A stretch of 64,000 bases of DNA, from contig DAISGD010000005.1 in the NCBI GenBank assembly GCA_036823295.1, forward strand, positions 15,260 to 79,259. Direction: 5' to 3'. Source of the stretch: Acidimicrobiales bacterium. GTDB taxonomy: Bacteria; Actinomycetota; Acidimicrobiia; Acidimicrobiales; Acidimicrobilacustridaceae. Shown piece by piece: positions 36,046 through 45,226 of the stretch. The position numbers and the translations under genes were made by a program. The number at the start of each line of letters is the position of its first letter. Within the stretch, counting starts at the first letter, position 1. Under the pieces are notes generated by a model. It was not told the DNA's origin. It did not search any database and saw only the letters and a program-made list of their open reading frames with translations.

Positions 36046-37521
36046 TTGTGGCGTCAGTTCTGCCTGGCGAGAGCGGGAAGAATCAGGGGTCAAAAGCTGG
36101 GCGCGGTAGCTTCGGCGGCGGTGGCAGACCCTGACGACATCGACGTGCGGTTGGCCGCCTTCCTCGAGGGTGCCCTCGGGCGCGACGGTCTCGAGGTGCT
36201 CCACCTCCGTCGCCTGTCGGGCGGGGCGTCGCGGGAGACCTGGTCCTTCGATCTGCTCGACGCGATCACCGGCACGACCGAGCGGCTGATCCTCCAGCGG
36301 GTGCGGCCGGGGGTGGTGGGCGGCAACGCGGTGATGGAGGGCGAGGCCACACTGCTGGGCGCCGCGGGGGAGCGGGGTGTCCCGGTGGCCCCGGTCTTAG
36401 CCGCCTCCAATGACGACTCGGTGGTGGGTTCGCCGTTCCTGGTCATGGGATGGATCGAGGGGGAGACCATCGCCCGGCGCATCTTGCGCGACGACGAGTT
36501 CGCCGCCGCTCGCTCCGTGCTGGTGGGTCAGTGCGCCCGGGCCTTGGCCGCCATCCACTCGGTGGCGGTCACGGACGGTCCCCACCTGCGGGCCCAGGAA
36601 CCAGTCGGCCAGTTGCGAGATCTGATCGACGCCATGGGCCAACCCCACCCGGCCTTCGAGTTGGCGTTGCGCTGGCTCGACGAGCATCGTCCTCCCGACC
36701 GCCAGCCCACCGTCGTGCACGGCGACTTCCGCCTCGGCAACCTCATGGTGGGTGAGGACGGCCTGCGGGCGGTGCTCGACTGGGAGCTCGCCCACCTCGG
36801 CGACCCCATGGAGGATCTCGGTTGGCTGTGCGTCCGGGCCTGGCGTTTCGGGTCGGACCTTCCGGTGGCGGGGCTGGGGGACTACGACGAGTTCTACGCC
36901 GCCTACGCCGACGCCTCCGGACGGGAGGTCGATCCCGAGGTCGTGCGTTGGTGGGAGGTGCTCGGCACCCTGCGTTGGGGGGTCATCTGCATCCTGCAGG
37001 CATCGAGCCACCTGTCGGGGGCCTCACGCTCGGTGGAGTTGGCCGCCATCGGCCGCCGCGTGTGCGAGAACGAGTACGACCTCCTCCGGCTCCTCGGCGC
37101 GGCCCAGCCACCGGGGCTCTCGATTGGTCGCCACGGCAAATCTGAGAGCGACCTGCACGGCGCGCCGAGTGTGGCGGAGCTGGTGGAGGCCGTGCGGGAG
37201 TTCCTCGAGGGTGACGTCATGGCCGCCACCGAGGGACGGGTGCAGTTCCATGCCCGGGTCGCCGGCCGGGTGCTGGGCATGGTGGAGCGGGAGTTGGCGC
37301 AGGGTCCTGCGGCTCGACGCGAGCACGGAATGCGATTACGCGAGCTCGGCGTCAACGACGACGCCGCCCTGGCTGCCGCTATCCGCTCCGGCGCGCTCGA
37401 CGACCGGCTCGCCGAGGTCCGGTCCTCGGTCTGGCTGGACGTCCTGGCCAAGGTCCAGGTGGCCAACCCCGACTACCTGCTGCCCGAACACCGCCTGCCC
37501 GACCCGCCCACCTCCGCCTGA
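36046..37521 (+). CDS. Phosphotransferase-family (APH-like kinase) protein with extra C-terminal domain
   Basis: Brenner motif VVHGDFRLGNLMV and DWELAHLGDPMEDL. About 150 further C-terminal residues. The start is uncertain, since several in-frame GTG/ATG lie within the first 30 codons. Confidence 0.7.
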   Translation: MWRQFCLARAGRIRGQKLGAVASAAVADPDDIDVRLAAFLEGALGRDGLEVLHLRRLSGGASRETWSFDLLDAITGTTERLILQRVRPGVVGGNAVMEGEATLLGAAGERGVPVAPVLAASNDDSVVGSPFLVMGWIEGETIARRILRDDEFAAARSVLVGQCARALAAIHSVAVTDGPHLRAQEPVGQLRDLIDAMGQPHPAFELALRWLDEHRPPDRQPTVVHGDFRLGNLMVGEDGLRAVLDWELAHLGDPMEDLGWLCVRAWRFGSDLPVAGLGDYDEFYAAYADASGREVDPEVVRWWEVLGTLRWGVICILQASSHLSGASRSVELAAIGRRVCENEYDLLRLLGAAQPPGLSIGRHGKSESDLHGAPSVAELVEAVREFLEGDVMAATEGRVQFHARVAGRVLGMVERELAQGPAARREHGMRLRELGVNDDAALAAAIRSGALDDRLAEVRSSVWLDVLAKVQVANPDYLLPEHRLPDPPTSA

Positions 37522-37524
37522 CCG

Positions 37525-37571
37525 ACCTTGCGTGCCAGCCACGCGGAATCCGCCGGTGTGACACGCAAGGT
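37525..37571. terminator. Hairpin between convergent genes (possible bidirectional terminator)
   Basis: Perfect 10-bp arms ACCTTGCGTG (37525-37534) and CACGCAAGGT (37562-37571), with a 27-nt loop. No clear U-tract. Confidence 0.35.
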
Positions 37572-37600
37572 GGGCGAAGGGCAGGGAGGCGGCGAGTGGA

Positions 37601-38368
37601 TCAGGCGCCGGTGCTGTGGAGGCCGCCGTCCACGTGGACGATCTCGCCTGTCGTCTGGGGAAACCAGTCCGACAGCAGGGCCACGCAGGCCCGGGCCACG
37701 GCCGACGAATCGCTCACGTCCCATCCCAGCGGGGCACGCGGCCCCCATACGTCCTCGAACTCGTCGAACCCGGGGATGGACTTGGCCGCCAGGGTGCGCA
37801 GCGGGCCGGCGGCTACCAGGTTCACCCGCACACCCTGGGGCCCGAGATAGCGGGCCAGATAGCGCGACGTCGACTCGAACGCCGCCTTGGCCACGCCCAT
37901 CCAGTCATACGCCGGCCAGGTCACGGTGGCGTCGAAGTCGAGCCCGACCAGAGCGCCACCGTTGGTCATGAGCGGGACCACTGCATCGGCCAGCGCCTTG
38001 TAGGAGTACGCCGAGATGTTCACCGCCACCGACACATCGGCCCACTCGGCGTCGAGGAACGTGCCACCGAGGCACACCTCCGGGGCGAACCCGATGGCGT
38101 GTAGGGCCCCGTCGACCCGGTCCCATCGCTCGGCCAGCGCGCTCCGCAGGGACTCGACCTGGGCCGGCTCGCTGACGTCGAACTCCAACACGACCGGCTC
38201 GACCGGCAGCTTGCGGGCGGTGCGGCGCGTGAGTGAGAGTCCGCGTCCCGCCCCGGTGAGGATCACCTCGGCGCCCTCCTCCTGGGCCAGCTTGGCCACG
38301 CCGAAGGCGATAGAGGCGTCGGTGAGGACGCCGGTGACGACGATGCGTTTTCCGTCGAGTAGACCCAT
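37601..38368 (-). CDS. fabI: NADH-dependent enoyl-ACP reductase
   Basis: Trimmed to the ATG at 38368 (MGLLDGKRIVVTGVLTDASIAFGVAKLAQEEGAEV), preceded by GGAGGA. InhA/FabI-type SDR of 255 aa. Confidence 0.85.
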   Translation of the reverse strand: MGLLDGKRIVVTGVLTDASIAFGVAKLAQEEGAEVILTGAGRGLSLTRRTARKLPVEPVVLEFDVSEPAQVESLRSALAERWDRVDGALHAIGFAPEVCLGGTFLDAEWADVSVAVNISAYSYKALADAVVPLMTNGGALVGLDFDATVTWPAYDWMGVAKAAFESTSRYLARYLGPQGVRVNLVAAGPLRTLAAKSIPGFDEFEDVWGPRAPLGWDVSDSSAVARACVALLSDWFPQTTGEIVHVDGGLHSTGA

Positions 38369-38432
38369 GAATCCTCCGACCTGAGCAGGAGCCGGCACGT
38401 TACCCACCCGCCGCGGGCCCCGAGTCCCAACC

Positions 38433-38472
38433 GGCGTGGGAAGTGGCCGCCAGAGCGACCACTTCCCACGCC
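38433..38472. promoter_or_regulatory. Perfect 14-bp inverted repeat in the fabI / npdG divergent region
   Basis: GGCGTGGGAAGTGG (38433-38446) and CCACTTCCCACGCC (38459-38472), separated by 12 nt. Confidence 0.45.
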
Positions 38473-38513
38473 GATTCGTGAGGTGGGTCTGGCGGCTCGC
38501 CTAGGGTGACGCC

Positions 38514-39173
38514 ATGCAAATCGGAGTGTTGGGAGCCACCGGCCCGGCGGGAAGCGGCCTTGCTGCTCGCCTTGCGTCTGTCGGATTCGAAGTCGTCATC
38601 GGTTCGCGGTCCAAGTACCGTTCGATGGAGGTCCGCGACACCCTGCTCGAGAAGTGGGACGGTCGCGGTCTGGTCATCGACGCCGCTGACAACGAGGGGG
38701 CCTCGAACGCCGATCTCGTGGTGATCGCCACCCCGTGGGACGCGGCGGCCGCCACGGCCAAGTCGGTGTCGCGCCAGCTGCAGGGCAAGGTGGTCATCTC
38801 CATGGCCAACGCCCTGGCCAAAGTCGGCCACGAGTTCCAACCGCTCGTCCCGCCCCGCGGTTCGGTGGCGGCCAGCGTGCAGGCGGCGTTGCCCAAGTCG
38901 AAGGTGGCGGCCGGATTCCATCACGTGCCGGCCAAGGAGTTGGGCGATCTGAACCATCCGGTGGAGAGCGACGTCCTGATCTGCTCAGACCACCCGGAGG
39001 CCACCGAGGCCATCAGCGAGATCATCCGCAAGATCCCCAATATGCGGCCCCTCGACGCCGGGGAGCTGTCCAACGCGGCCCCCATCGAGGCCTTCGCCGC
39101 CGTCTTGCTCCAGCTGAACGTGCGGTACAAGACTCGCGCCGCGGTCAAGTTCACCGGCATCAACGAGGTTTGA
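38514..39173 (+). CDS. npdG: NADPH-dependent F420 reductase
   Basis: 219 aa. MQIGVLGATGPAGSGLAARLASVGFEVVIGSRS Rossmann start, and a length typical of F420:NADP oxidoreductase. Confidence 0.75.
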   Translation: MQIGVLGATGPAGSGLAARLASVGFEVVIGSRSKYRSMEVRDTLLEKWDGRGLVIDAADNEGASNADLVVIATPWDAAAATAKSVSRQLQGKVVISMANALAKVGHEFQPLVPPRGSVAASVQAALPKSKVAAGFHHVPAKELGDLNHPVESDVLICSDHPEATEAISEIIRKIPNMRPLDAGELSNAAPIEAFAAVLLQLNVRYKTRAAVKFTGINEV

Positions 39174-39266
39174 GCGGTCCTCCTCGACGGGCCGCCCTGG
39201 CCACCTCGGCGGTGAGCGAAAGCCCGAGGAGCCGTCCGGGCCGATCCCGCCGTTAGCCTGCTCGAC

Positions 39267-40409
39267 GTGATGCGCCTCTACGACACGGCTCGCCAGGAAA
39301 TCGTGCCCTTCGAGCCGGGCCCGATCGTGACCATGTACACCTGTGGGATCACGCCGTACGACGCCACCCATCTCGGTCACGCCGCGGTGTACGTCACCTA
39401 CGACGTGCTGCAACGACGTTTGCGTGATCTCGGCCACGAGACCCGTTGCGTGCGCAACATCACCGACGTCGACGACGACCTCTTGCGCAGGGCCCGTGAG
39501 CTCGGGGTGCACTACCTCGACCTCGCCGCCGCCGAGGTGGCCCGCTTCGATGGCGACATGGTGGCCCTCAACGTCCTCGAGAGCTGGAGCGAGCCCCGGG
39601 CCACGTCGGCCATCGCCGACATCCGCGGGTTCATCGGCATGGTCCTCGACCGGGGCTACGCCTACCAGGCCGGCGGGTCGGTGTACTTCGACGTCTCATC
39701 GTTCCCGGCCTTTGGGCAGATAAGCCACCTGTCGCGAGACGAGATGCTGAAGCTGGCTCGCGAGCGCGGCGGCAACATCGACGATCCCCACAAACGCGAC
39801 TCGCTCGACTTCGTCCTGTGGCAGCCCTCGGCCAGTGATGAGCCGGCGTGGGAGTCGCTGTGGGGCCCGGGTCGTCCCGGCTGGCACGTCGAGTGCTCGG
39901 CGCTCGCCCTGCGCGAGCTCGATACCACCATCGATCTGCACGGCGGCGGCGCCGACCTGGTCTTCCCCCACCATGAGTGCGAGGCGGCCCAGAGTGAGGC
40001 GGCCACGGGCCAGACGTTCGTCCGTCACTGGATGCACCAGGCCATGGTCCGCATGGATGGCGAGAAGATGTCGAAGTCCCTGGGCAACATGGTCTTCATC
40101 AGCGACCTGCTCAAGACGTGGGATCCGCGTGCCATCCGCCTCGGCATCGTCGAGCACCACTACCGCGACCCGTGGGAATGGGACGAGATGCTGATGCCCC
40201 GCGCCGGCGCCCGCCTCGACACCTGGCTGGCCGCGTCGGGCGATTCGCGCGCGCCCGGGTCAGGCGGCGCCGTGCTGGAGAAGGTCCGGGCCCGTCTTGA
40301 CGATGATCTCGACACCCCGGGCGCCGTGGTCGCCATCGACGCGGCCGTGGCCCGCGGCGAGGGCGTCACCGCCGCCGCCGAACTGCTCGGCGTCTTCCTG
40401 ACGGCCTAA
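39267..40409 (+). CDS. mshC: Cysteine:1D-myo-inosityl-GlcN ligase (mycothiol ligase)
   Basis: CysRS-like catalytic core (TCGITPYDATHLGHAAVY, KMSKSLGN), but only 380 aa with no anticodon-binding domain, which is the MshC architecture. Confidence 0.75.
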   Translation: MMRLYDTARQEIVPFEPGPIVTMYTCGITPYDATHLGHAAVYVTYDVLQRRLRDLGHETRCVRNITDVDDDLLRRARELGVHYLDLAAAEVARFDGDMVALNVLESWSEPRATSAIADIRGFIGMVLDRGYAYQAGGSVYFDVSSFPAFGQISHLSRDEMLKLARERGGNIDDPHKRDSLDFVLWQPSASDEPAWESLWGPGRPGWHVECSALALRELDTTIDLHGGGADLVFPHHECEAAQSEAATGQTFVRHWMHQAMVRMDGEKMSKSLGNMVFISDLLKTWDPRAIRLGIVEHHYRDPWEWDEMLMPRAGARLDTWLAASGDSRAPGSGGAVLEKVRARLDDDLDTPGAVVAIDAAVARGEGVTAAAELLGVFLTA

Positions 40410-40599
40410 ACCGGATCGGCGAAATCGCAGGTTCTCCCACCGCTTTCTGCGTGCTCACCGGGCAGAAGTGCCGCCAAAACGGGGGGCCTCCCGGTTGGAG
40501 GACAACATATGAGCACGGGCCGGGCCGGTGGGGCAGACTCGGGGGCACAGCCGCCGGGTGACGTTCGCCCAGGCTGGACCAGGCATGAGACGAGGCGAC

Positions 40600-41394
40600 A
40601 TGGCACGAGACGTCGGGCAGCTGAACACCATCGCCCGAGCCGTGCTGAAGCCGCTGTTCTCGTTCGCCTTTCGGATCGAGGTCGAGGGCATGAACCGTCT
40701 GCCCGAGACCGGGGGCGCCATCGTCAGCCCCAACCACCTGTCGGCGCTCGACCATTTCATCCTCGGGGCGACGCTGCCCCGCCGCGTCACGTTCGTGGGC
40801 AAGGGCGAGTACATGGACAGCTGGAAGACGAAGTACATCTTCCCCGCGCTGGGCATGATCCCCATCGACCGATCGGGGGGCTCGGCCGCCCAGGCTGCCC
40901 TCGACGCGGCCGCCGGCGTGCTCGAGGCCGGCGAGCTGTTCGGCATCTATCCCGAAGGCACGCGGTCGCGCGACGGCAAGCTCCACAAGGGCCACACCGG
41001 TGCCGCCCGCCTCGCGTTGCGCACGGGCTGTCCGATCGTGCCTGTCGGTTTGCAAGGCACGCTGGAGGTCCAGCCGCCGGACTCGTCGATGCCCAAGCCG
41101 TTCAAGGTCATGCGGGTGCGCTTCGGTCGGCCCGTGAAGGTGGACCGCTACCTCGAGCGCGCTGATGACCGTCTGGTGCTGCGCCAGATCACCGACGAGG
41201 TGATGTTCGAGATCCGCGAGCTGTCGGGCCAGGAGTATGTCGATACCTACGTCACCAAGAAGAGCGAGGATCTCCCGGCCGAGACCGCGGTCATCGGTGG
41301 GGGGCCCGACGCCAGTGGACGCGGGGGCAGGCCCGGCCGCAACGGCCAGGATTCCGGCCCGTTGACGGTCGTGCCCGAGTCCGCCGCCAGCTGA
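40600..41394 (+). CDS. plsC: 1-acyl-sn-glycerol-3-phosphate (lysophospholipid) acyltransferase
   Basis: Trimmed to the ATG at 40600 (MARDVGQLN...). HX4D motif NHLSALDH, plus FVGKGEY, IYPEGTRSRDG and PIVPVG. Confidence 0.8.
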   Translation: MARDVGQLNTIARAVLKPLFSFAFRIEVEGMNRLPETGGAIVSPNHLSALDHFILGATLPRRVTFVGKGEYMDSWKTKYIFPALGMIPIDRSGGSAAQAALDAAAGVLEAGELFGIYPEGTRSRDGKLHKGHTGAARLALRTGCPIVPVGLQGTLEVQPPDSSMPKPFKVMRVRFGRPVKVDRYLERADDRLVLRQITDEVMFEIRELSGQEYVDTYVTKKSEDLPAETAVIGGGPDASGRGGRPGRNGQDSGPLTVVPESAAS

Positions 41395-41468
41395 CCCGGC
41401 GGACTAGGGCCGGCAGAGCCGAATCGGCTTCCGGCCATCACCCGGACCACCGATAAGCTCACGCCCCT

Positions 41469-43430
41469 ATGGCCGACCAGATCTCGATCACGCTGCCGGA
41501 TGGATCCCCCCGCGACCTCCACGCGGGCTCCACTGCGGGCGAGTTGGCCGCGGCGATCGGTCCCCGCCTGGCCAAGGCCGCGGTCATTGCCAGCGTCAAC
41601 GGCGTCGAACGCGATCTGACCTGGGAGCTGGCCGACGGCGATGAGGTCGCCGTGATCGTCGAGGAGTCGGACCGGGGGCTGTTCACCCTCCGTCACTCGA
41701 CGGCGCACGTGTTGGCCCAGGCCGTGCTGGATCTTTTCCCCGGCGCCACCTTCGCCATCGGTCCGCCCATCGAGGACGGCTTCTACTACGACTTCCAGCT
41801 ACCCGACGGCGGAACCTTCAACCCCGACGATCTCGCCAAGCTCGAGGTGCGGATGCGCGAGATCATCGCCGAGCACCAGCCGTTCGTGCGCGACGAGATC
41901 CCCGAGGCTGAGGCACTGGCGCTGTTCGCCGCCCACCCATTCAAGGTCGAGATCATCAAGGGCCAGGCCGACGATCCCATGTCCGCCACTGAGACGGGCC
42001 TGGTGCGCACCTACGAGAACCCGCCCAGCTTCATCGATCTCTGCCGCGGGCCGCACGTTCCCGACACCGGCCGGCTCGGTCACTTCAAGCTCATGCGGGT
42101 GGCTGGCGCCTACTGGCGCGGCGACGAGCGCAACCCGATGCTGCAGCGCATCTACGGCACGGCGTGGGCGTCCAAGAAGGACCTCGCCGCCTACCTGACC
42201 CGCTTGGTGGAGGCCGAGAAGCGGGACCACCGCAAGTTGGGCGCCGAGCTCGATCTGTTCTCGTTCCCTGACGAGATCGGCTCGGGCCTGGCCGTGTTCC
42301 ACCCCAAGGGCGGCATCGTGCGTCGCCTCATGGAGGACTACTCCCGCCAGCGCCATGAGCAGGCCGGCTACGAGTTCGTCTACTCACCCCACATCACCAA
42401 GGCGAACCTCTTCGAGACCTCGGGCCACCTCGATTGGTACGCGGACGGCATGTTCCCGCCCATGGAGTTGGACGGGGGCACCGAGTACTACCTCAAGCCG
42501 ATGAACTGCCCGTTCCACGTGCTCATCTACCGCAGCCGGCAGCGGTCCTACCGTGAGCTACCGCTGCGGTTCTTCGAGTTCGGGACGGTGTATCGCTACG
42601 AGAAGTCCGGAGTGGTCCACGGGCTGACCCGGGTGCGGGGCATGACGCAGGACGACGCTCACATCTTCTGCACCAAGGCGCAGATGACCGAGGAGCTGCA
42701 GTCGACGCTGCACTTCGTGCTCGACCTCCTGCGTGACTACGGGCTCGACGATTTCTACCTGGAGCTCTCGACCCGTCCCGAGGAGAAGGCCGTCGGCTCC
42801 GTCGCCGAGTGGGACGAAGCGACCGAGGCGCTTCGCACCGCGGCCATGGGCATGGACCTGGAGCTGGTGCTGGACGAGGGCGGCGGAGCCTTCTACGGCC
42901 CCAAGATCTCGGTCCAGACCCGCGACGCCATCGGCCGCACGTGGCAGATGTCCACCATCCAGCTCGACTTCCAGACGCCGCAGCGCTTCGGCATCGAATA
43001 CATCGGGAGCGATGGCCAGGCCCACTCGCCGATCATGATCCACCGCGCCCTGTTCGGGTCGATCGAGCGGTTCTTCGGTGTACTGGTCGAGCACTACGCC
43101 GGTGCCTTCCCCGCGTGGCTGGCGCCGGTCCAGGTGCGGGTGCTGCCGGTGCGGGACGATCACGACACCTACGCCCGGCGGCTGGTCGACCGCCTGCGGG
43201 GAGACGGCTTCCGGGCCGACACGGTGGTGGCCGACGAACCGTTGGGCGGCCGCATCCGCAAGGCGAAACTCGAGAAGCTGCCCTACGTGCTGGTGGTGGG
43301 CGACGACGATGTCGAACACTCGACGGTTGGCGTCAACCCGCGGGGCGGCGAGGTCGAGCGGGGCGTGCCCGTGGACCAGTTCGTGGATCGACTGGCGGCC
43401 GACGTCATCGGCCATCTCTGGGTCGGCTGA
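41469..43430 (+). CDS. thrS: Threonine--tRNA ligase
   Basis: 653 aa. TGS domain, second additional domain (HSTAHVLAQAV), class II core (HRKLGAELDLF, FRYE, GAFYGPK) and anticodon-binding domain. Confidence 0.95.
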   Translation: MADQISITLPDGSPRDLHAGSTAGELAAAIGPRLAKAAVIASVNGVERDLTWELADGDEVAVIVEESDRGLFTLRHSTAHVLAQAVLDLFPGATFAIGPPIEDGFYYDFQLPDGGTFNPDDLAKLEVRMREIIAEHQPFVRDEIPEAEALALFAAHPFKVEIIKGQADDPMSATETGLVRTYENPPSFIDLCRGPHVPDTGRLGHFKLMRVAGAYWRGDERNPMLQRIYGTAWASKKDLAAYLTRLVEAEKRDHRKLGAELDLFSFPDEIGSGLAVFHPKGGIVRRLMEDYSRQRHEQAGYEFVYSPHITKANLFETSGHLDWYADGMFPPMELDGGTEYYLKPMNCPFHVLIYRSRQRSYRELPLRFFEFGTVYRYEKSGVVHGLTRVRGMTQDDAHIFCTKAQMTEELQSTLHFVLDLLRDYGLDDFYLELSTRPEEKAVGSVAEWDEATEALRTAAMGMDLELVLDEGGGAFYGPKISVQTRDAIGRTWQMSTIQLDFQTPQRFGIEYIGSDGQAHSPIMIHRALFGSIERFFGVLVEHYAGAFPAWLAPVQVRVLPVRDDHDTYARRLVDRLRGDGFRADTVVADEPLGGRIRKAKLEKLPYVLVVGDDDVEHSTVGVNPRGGEVERGVPVDQFVDRLAADVIGHLWVG

Positions 43431-43436
43431 GCACCC

Positions 43437-43991
43437 GTGCCCCCGTCGCTCGACCACCTGTGGGCCGGCTGGCGCAGCACCTACATCGACTCGATCACCT
43501 CGGGTGACTCGCCCGGTGGAGGCGCCGATGAGCGCCCCGAAGTCCCGCCCCCGCCCGAGGGCGAGGGAACCCTGTTCGAACGCATCCTCACCCTCGCCGA
43601 CGAGGACGGATTCATCGTGCACCGCGGCACGTCGTGCTCGGTGCTGCTCAACGCCTACCCCTATACCAACGGCCACGTGCTGGTCCTGCCCAATCGTGCT
43701 GCCGCCGAGTTGACCGATCTCGACGCCGCCACCTTTGCCGAGTTGTGGGAGGAGGTGCGCAGCGCGGTCGGGGCCATCAGGGCCGCGTACCGTTGCGACG
43801 GGGTGAACGTGGGCATGAATCTCGGTCGCGCCGCCGGCGCGGGTGTGCCCGACCATCTCCACCTCCACTGCCTGCCCCGATGGGATGGCGACACCAACTT
43901 CATGACCACGGTGGCCGAGACGAGGGTGCTGCCTGAGTCGCTCGGGGTGAGTTGGCGCAAGCTGCGTACCGCCTGGCCGTCCCTGCCCTGA
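43437..43991 (+). CDS. HIT-family nucleotide hydrolase/phosphorylase (Ap4A phosphorylase-like)
   Basis: Histidine triad VPDHLHLHCLPRW. Same position downstream of thrS as in mycobacteria. Confidence 0.8.
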   Translation: MPPSLDHLWAGWRSTYIDSITSGDSPGGGADERPEVPPPPEGEGTLFERILTLADEDGFIVHRGTSCSVLLNAYPYTNGHVLVLPNRAAAELTDLDAATFAELWEEVRSAVGAIRAAYRCDGVNVGMNLGRAAGAGVPDHLHLHCLPRWDGDTNFMTTVAETRVLPESLGVSWRKLRTAWPSLP

Positions 43992-44017
43992 TCGCCCCGT
44001 TCCGCCGGCCCCGTTCC

Positions 44018-44076
44018 GGATCTGTGAAGCCAAACCGACGTTGGGTGTGGCTTTGGCTTCACAGATCCTCTTTCTC
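44018..44076 (+). terminator. Rho-independent-type terminator hairpin after the thrS-HIT unit
   Basis: Perfect 17-bp stem GGATCTGTGAAGCCAAA (44018-44034) / TTTGGCTTCACAGATCC (44052-44068), followed by TCTTTCTC. Confidence 0.6.
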
Positions 44077-44141
44077 GCGGCGTGCGCCCGGGCATGCCGC
44101 ATTCGTGAGGGCATGCCGAGCCGCGGTACCTTCGCTGGCGC

Positions 44142-44777
44142 ATGTCTGACACGTCCCCCACCGGTTCCCGTCCGCCCGAGTCCGGCGGTCAGTCCGGGTC
44201 CCGCGGTCAGCCCGAGTCCGGCGGTCAGCCCGAGCCCGGCGAGCAGCCCGAGCCGTCGGCGCTGACACAGATCCGGCCCCTGTCCGACGAGGACATCCGC
44301 GACGCCCTGCCCGAGGACCTCGACGCCGCCGGCCATGTCGGGCCCTACCTGTTCCCCAACAACAACCGCCGACGTATCCCGGGGATGATCTATCTCGGGT
44401 TGGCCGCGGGCTGCCTGCTGCTGTGGGGCACCCATGCCGGCGGCAACGCGGTGCTGGTCAACGGTGGTTTCCTGGCGGCCGGGATCACCCTCGCCCTGGT
44501 GGGGGCGTATTCGATCATCGGCAGTTGGAACCTCGACGTCGACGAGCGTGACGCCTTGGTGGCCGCCGTGCGCCAGGTGGGCTTCCCGGTGGGCCACGCC
44601 TCGGCCCAGATGGGATGGCGGGGCGTGCTCAGCCGACCCACGTGGCGCATCCTGCTGTATTCGGCGGAGGATCCCCCCACCCAGCGCGGCCTCGTGCTGG
44701 TCGACGGCGTCGACGGCGAGGTGCTCGAGTGGTTCGTCGAGGAGAACCCCGAGGACTGGTCGCAGTACGACGAGTAG
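44142..44777 (+). CDS. Hypothetical membrane protein with Gly/Gln/Pro/Glu repeat N-terminus
   Basis: 211 aa. N-terminal GGQSGSRGQPESGGQPEPGEQPEP repeats and two predicted TM segments (MIYLGLAAGCLLLW, FLAAGITLALVGAYSII). No recognisable catalytic motif. Confidence 0.55.
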   Translation: MSDTSPTGSRPPESGGQSGSRGQPESGGQPEPGEQPEPSALTQIRPLSDEDIRDALPEDLDAAGHVGPYLFPNNNRRRIPGMIYLGLAAGCLLLWGTHAGGNAVLVNGGFLAAGITLALVGAYSIIGSWNLDVDERDALVAAVRQVGFPVGHASAQMGWRGVLSRPTWRILLYSAEDPPTQRGLVLVDGVDGEVLEWFVEENPEDWSQYDE

Positions 44778-45226
44778 GGCGCGGGAGACTGTCTCCCGGA
44801 TATCTCGTGACTCCATGTGGGCACGCGAGTCAAAACACAGCGATGTCATTTGTCATTGTGGCCCGCCCCGGAGGGCGGACATAGACCAATAGCGCACCCG
44901 TCTCATTGTGACCATGGAGAGTGGTGAGGGGACCACTATTAATGAAATAGCGGGGCTCTCGGATCCTCTGATTCGGGGCCGAGGTGCCAGTACGGGCTAG
45001 GTAGAGCGAGGGATCGGGGGCCGATCCCATCCGGGAGGTATCTCAAAGCGCTCCTCGGGCTCTCTCCTCGGTCCGTCATCAATCTGTTGGATGGCGACAA
45101 ACTGACACCACCGTCGGTGAACGCTCCAAACGCGGTCTTTACGTCAATAGCCAAGTTGGCTACTGTCCGTGAGGAAGCAATGCGTAGTGGCCAGCCGGGG
45201 TGACTTAGGGCAATGAGGAGGTAGGA
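44778..45226. other. 449-bp lower-GC non-coding leader upstream of the polysaccharide locus
   Basis: Only short low-GC3 ORFs. Local hairpins GGGAGA-ctg-TCTCCC (about 44782-44796), CCGCCC-cgga-GGGCGG (about 44863-44878) and GGGATCGG-gggc-CCGATCCC (45010-45029). Direct repeats TGTCATT x2 and CATTGTG x2. Ends with GGAGGTAGGA before the GTG at 45227. Confidence 0.6.

Noticed and set aside
42558-44849. 763-aa minus-strand ORF spanning thrS, the HIT gene and the membrane protein gene
   Set aside because: It is a typical high-GC antisense shadow ORF. It is Arg/Gly/Pro/His-rich with no recognisable motifs, and it lies opposite genes with unambiguous family signatures.
45040-45100. Possible c-di-GMP class I (GEMM) riboswitch upstream of the EPS genes, suggested by CAAAGC and CCUCGG elements
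   Set aside because: Only isolated short matches are present. The paired-hairpin architecture with a GNRA tetraloop and receptor, and the conserved GGCAAACC / ACGCAAAGC cores, are absent.
44830-45154. Small ORFs (66 and 71 aa on the minus strand, and a 27-codon plus-strand ORF MESGEGTT...) in the polysaccharide leader region
   Set aside because: Third-position GC is low relative to real genes in this window. They have no ribosome-binding sites or recognisable motifs, and they overlap each other. I treat the region as non-coding.
44778-45226. Lower-GC stretch as the boundary of a horizontally acquired island or a mobile-element remnant
   Set aside because: There is no integrase, transposase, tRNA target or flanking direct repeat in the window. 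The polysaccharide genes downstream have the same GC content and overlap style as the rest of the sequence.
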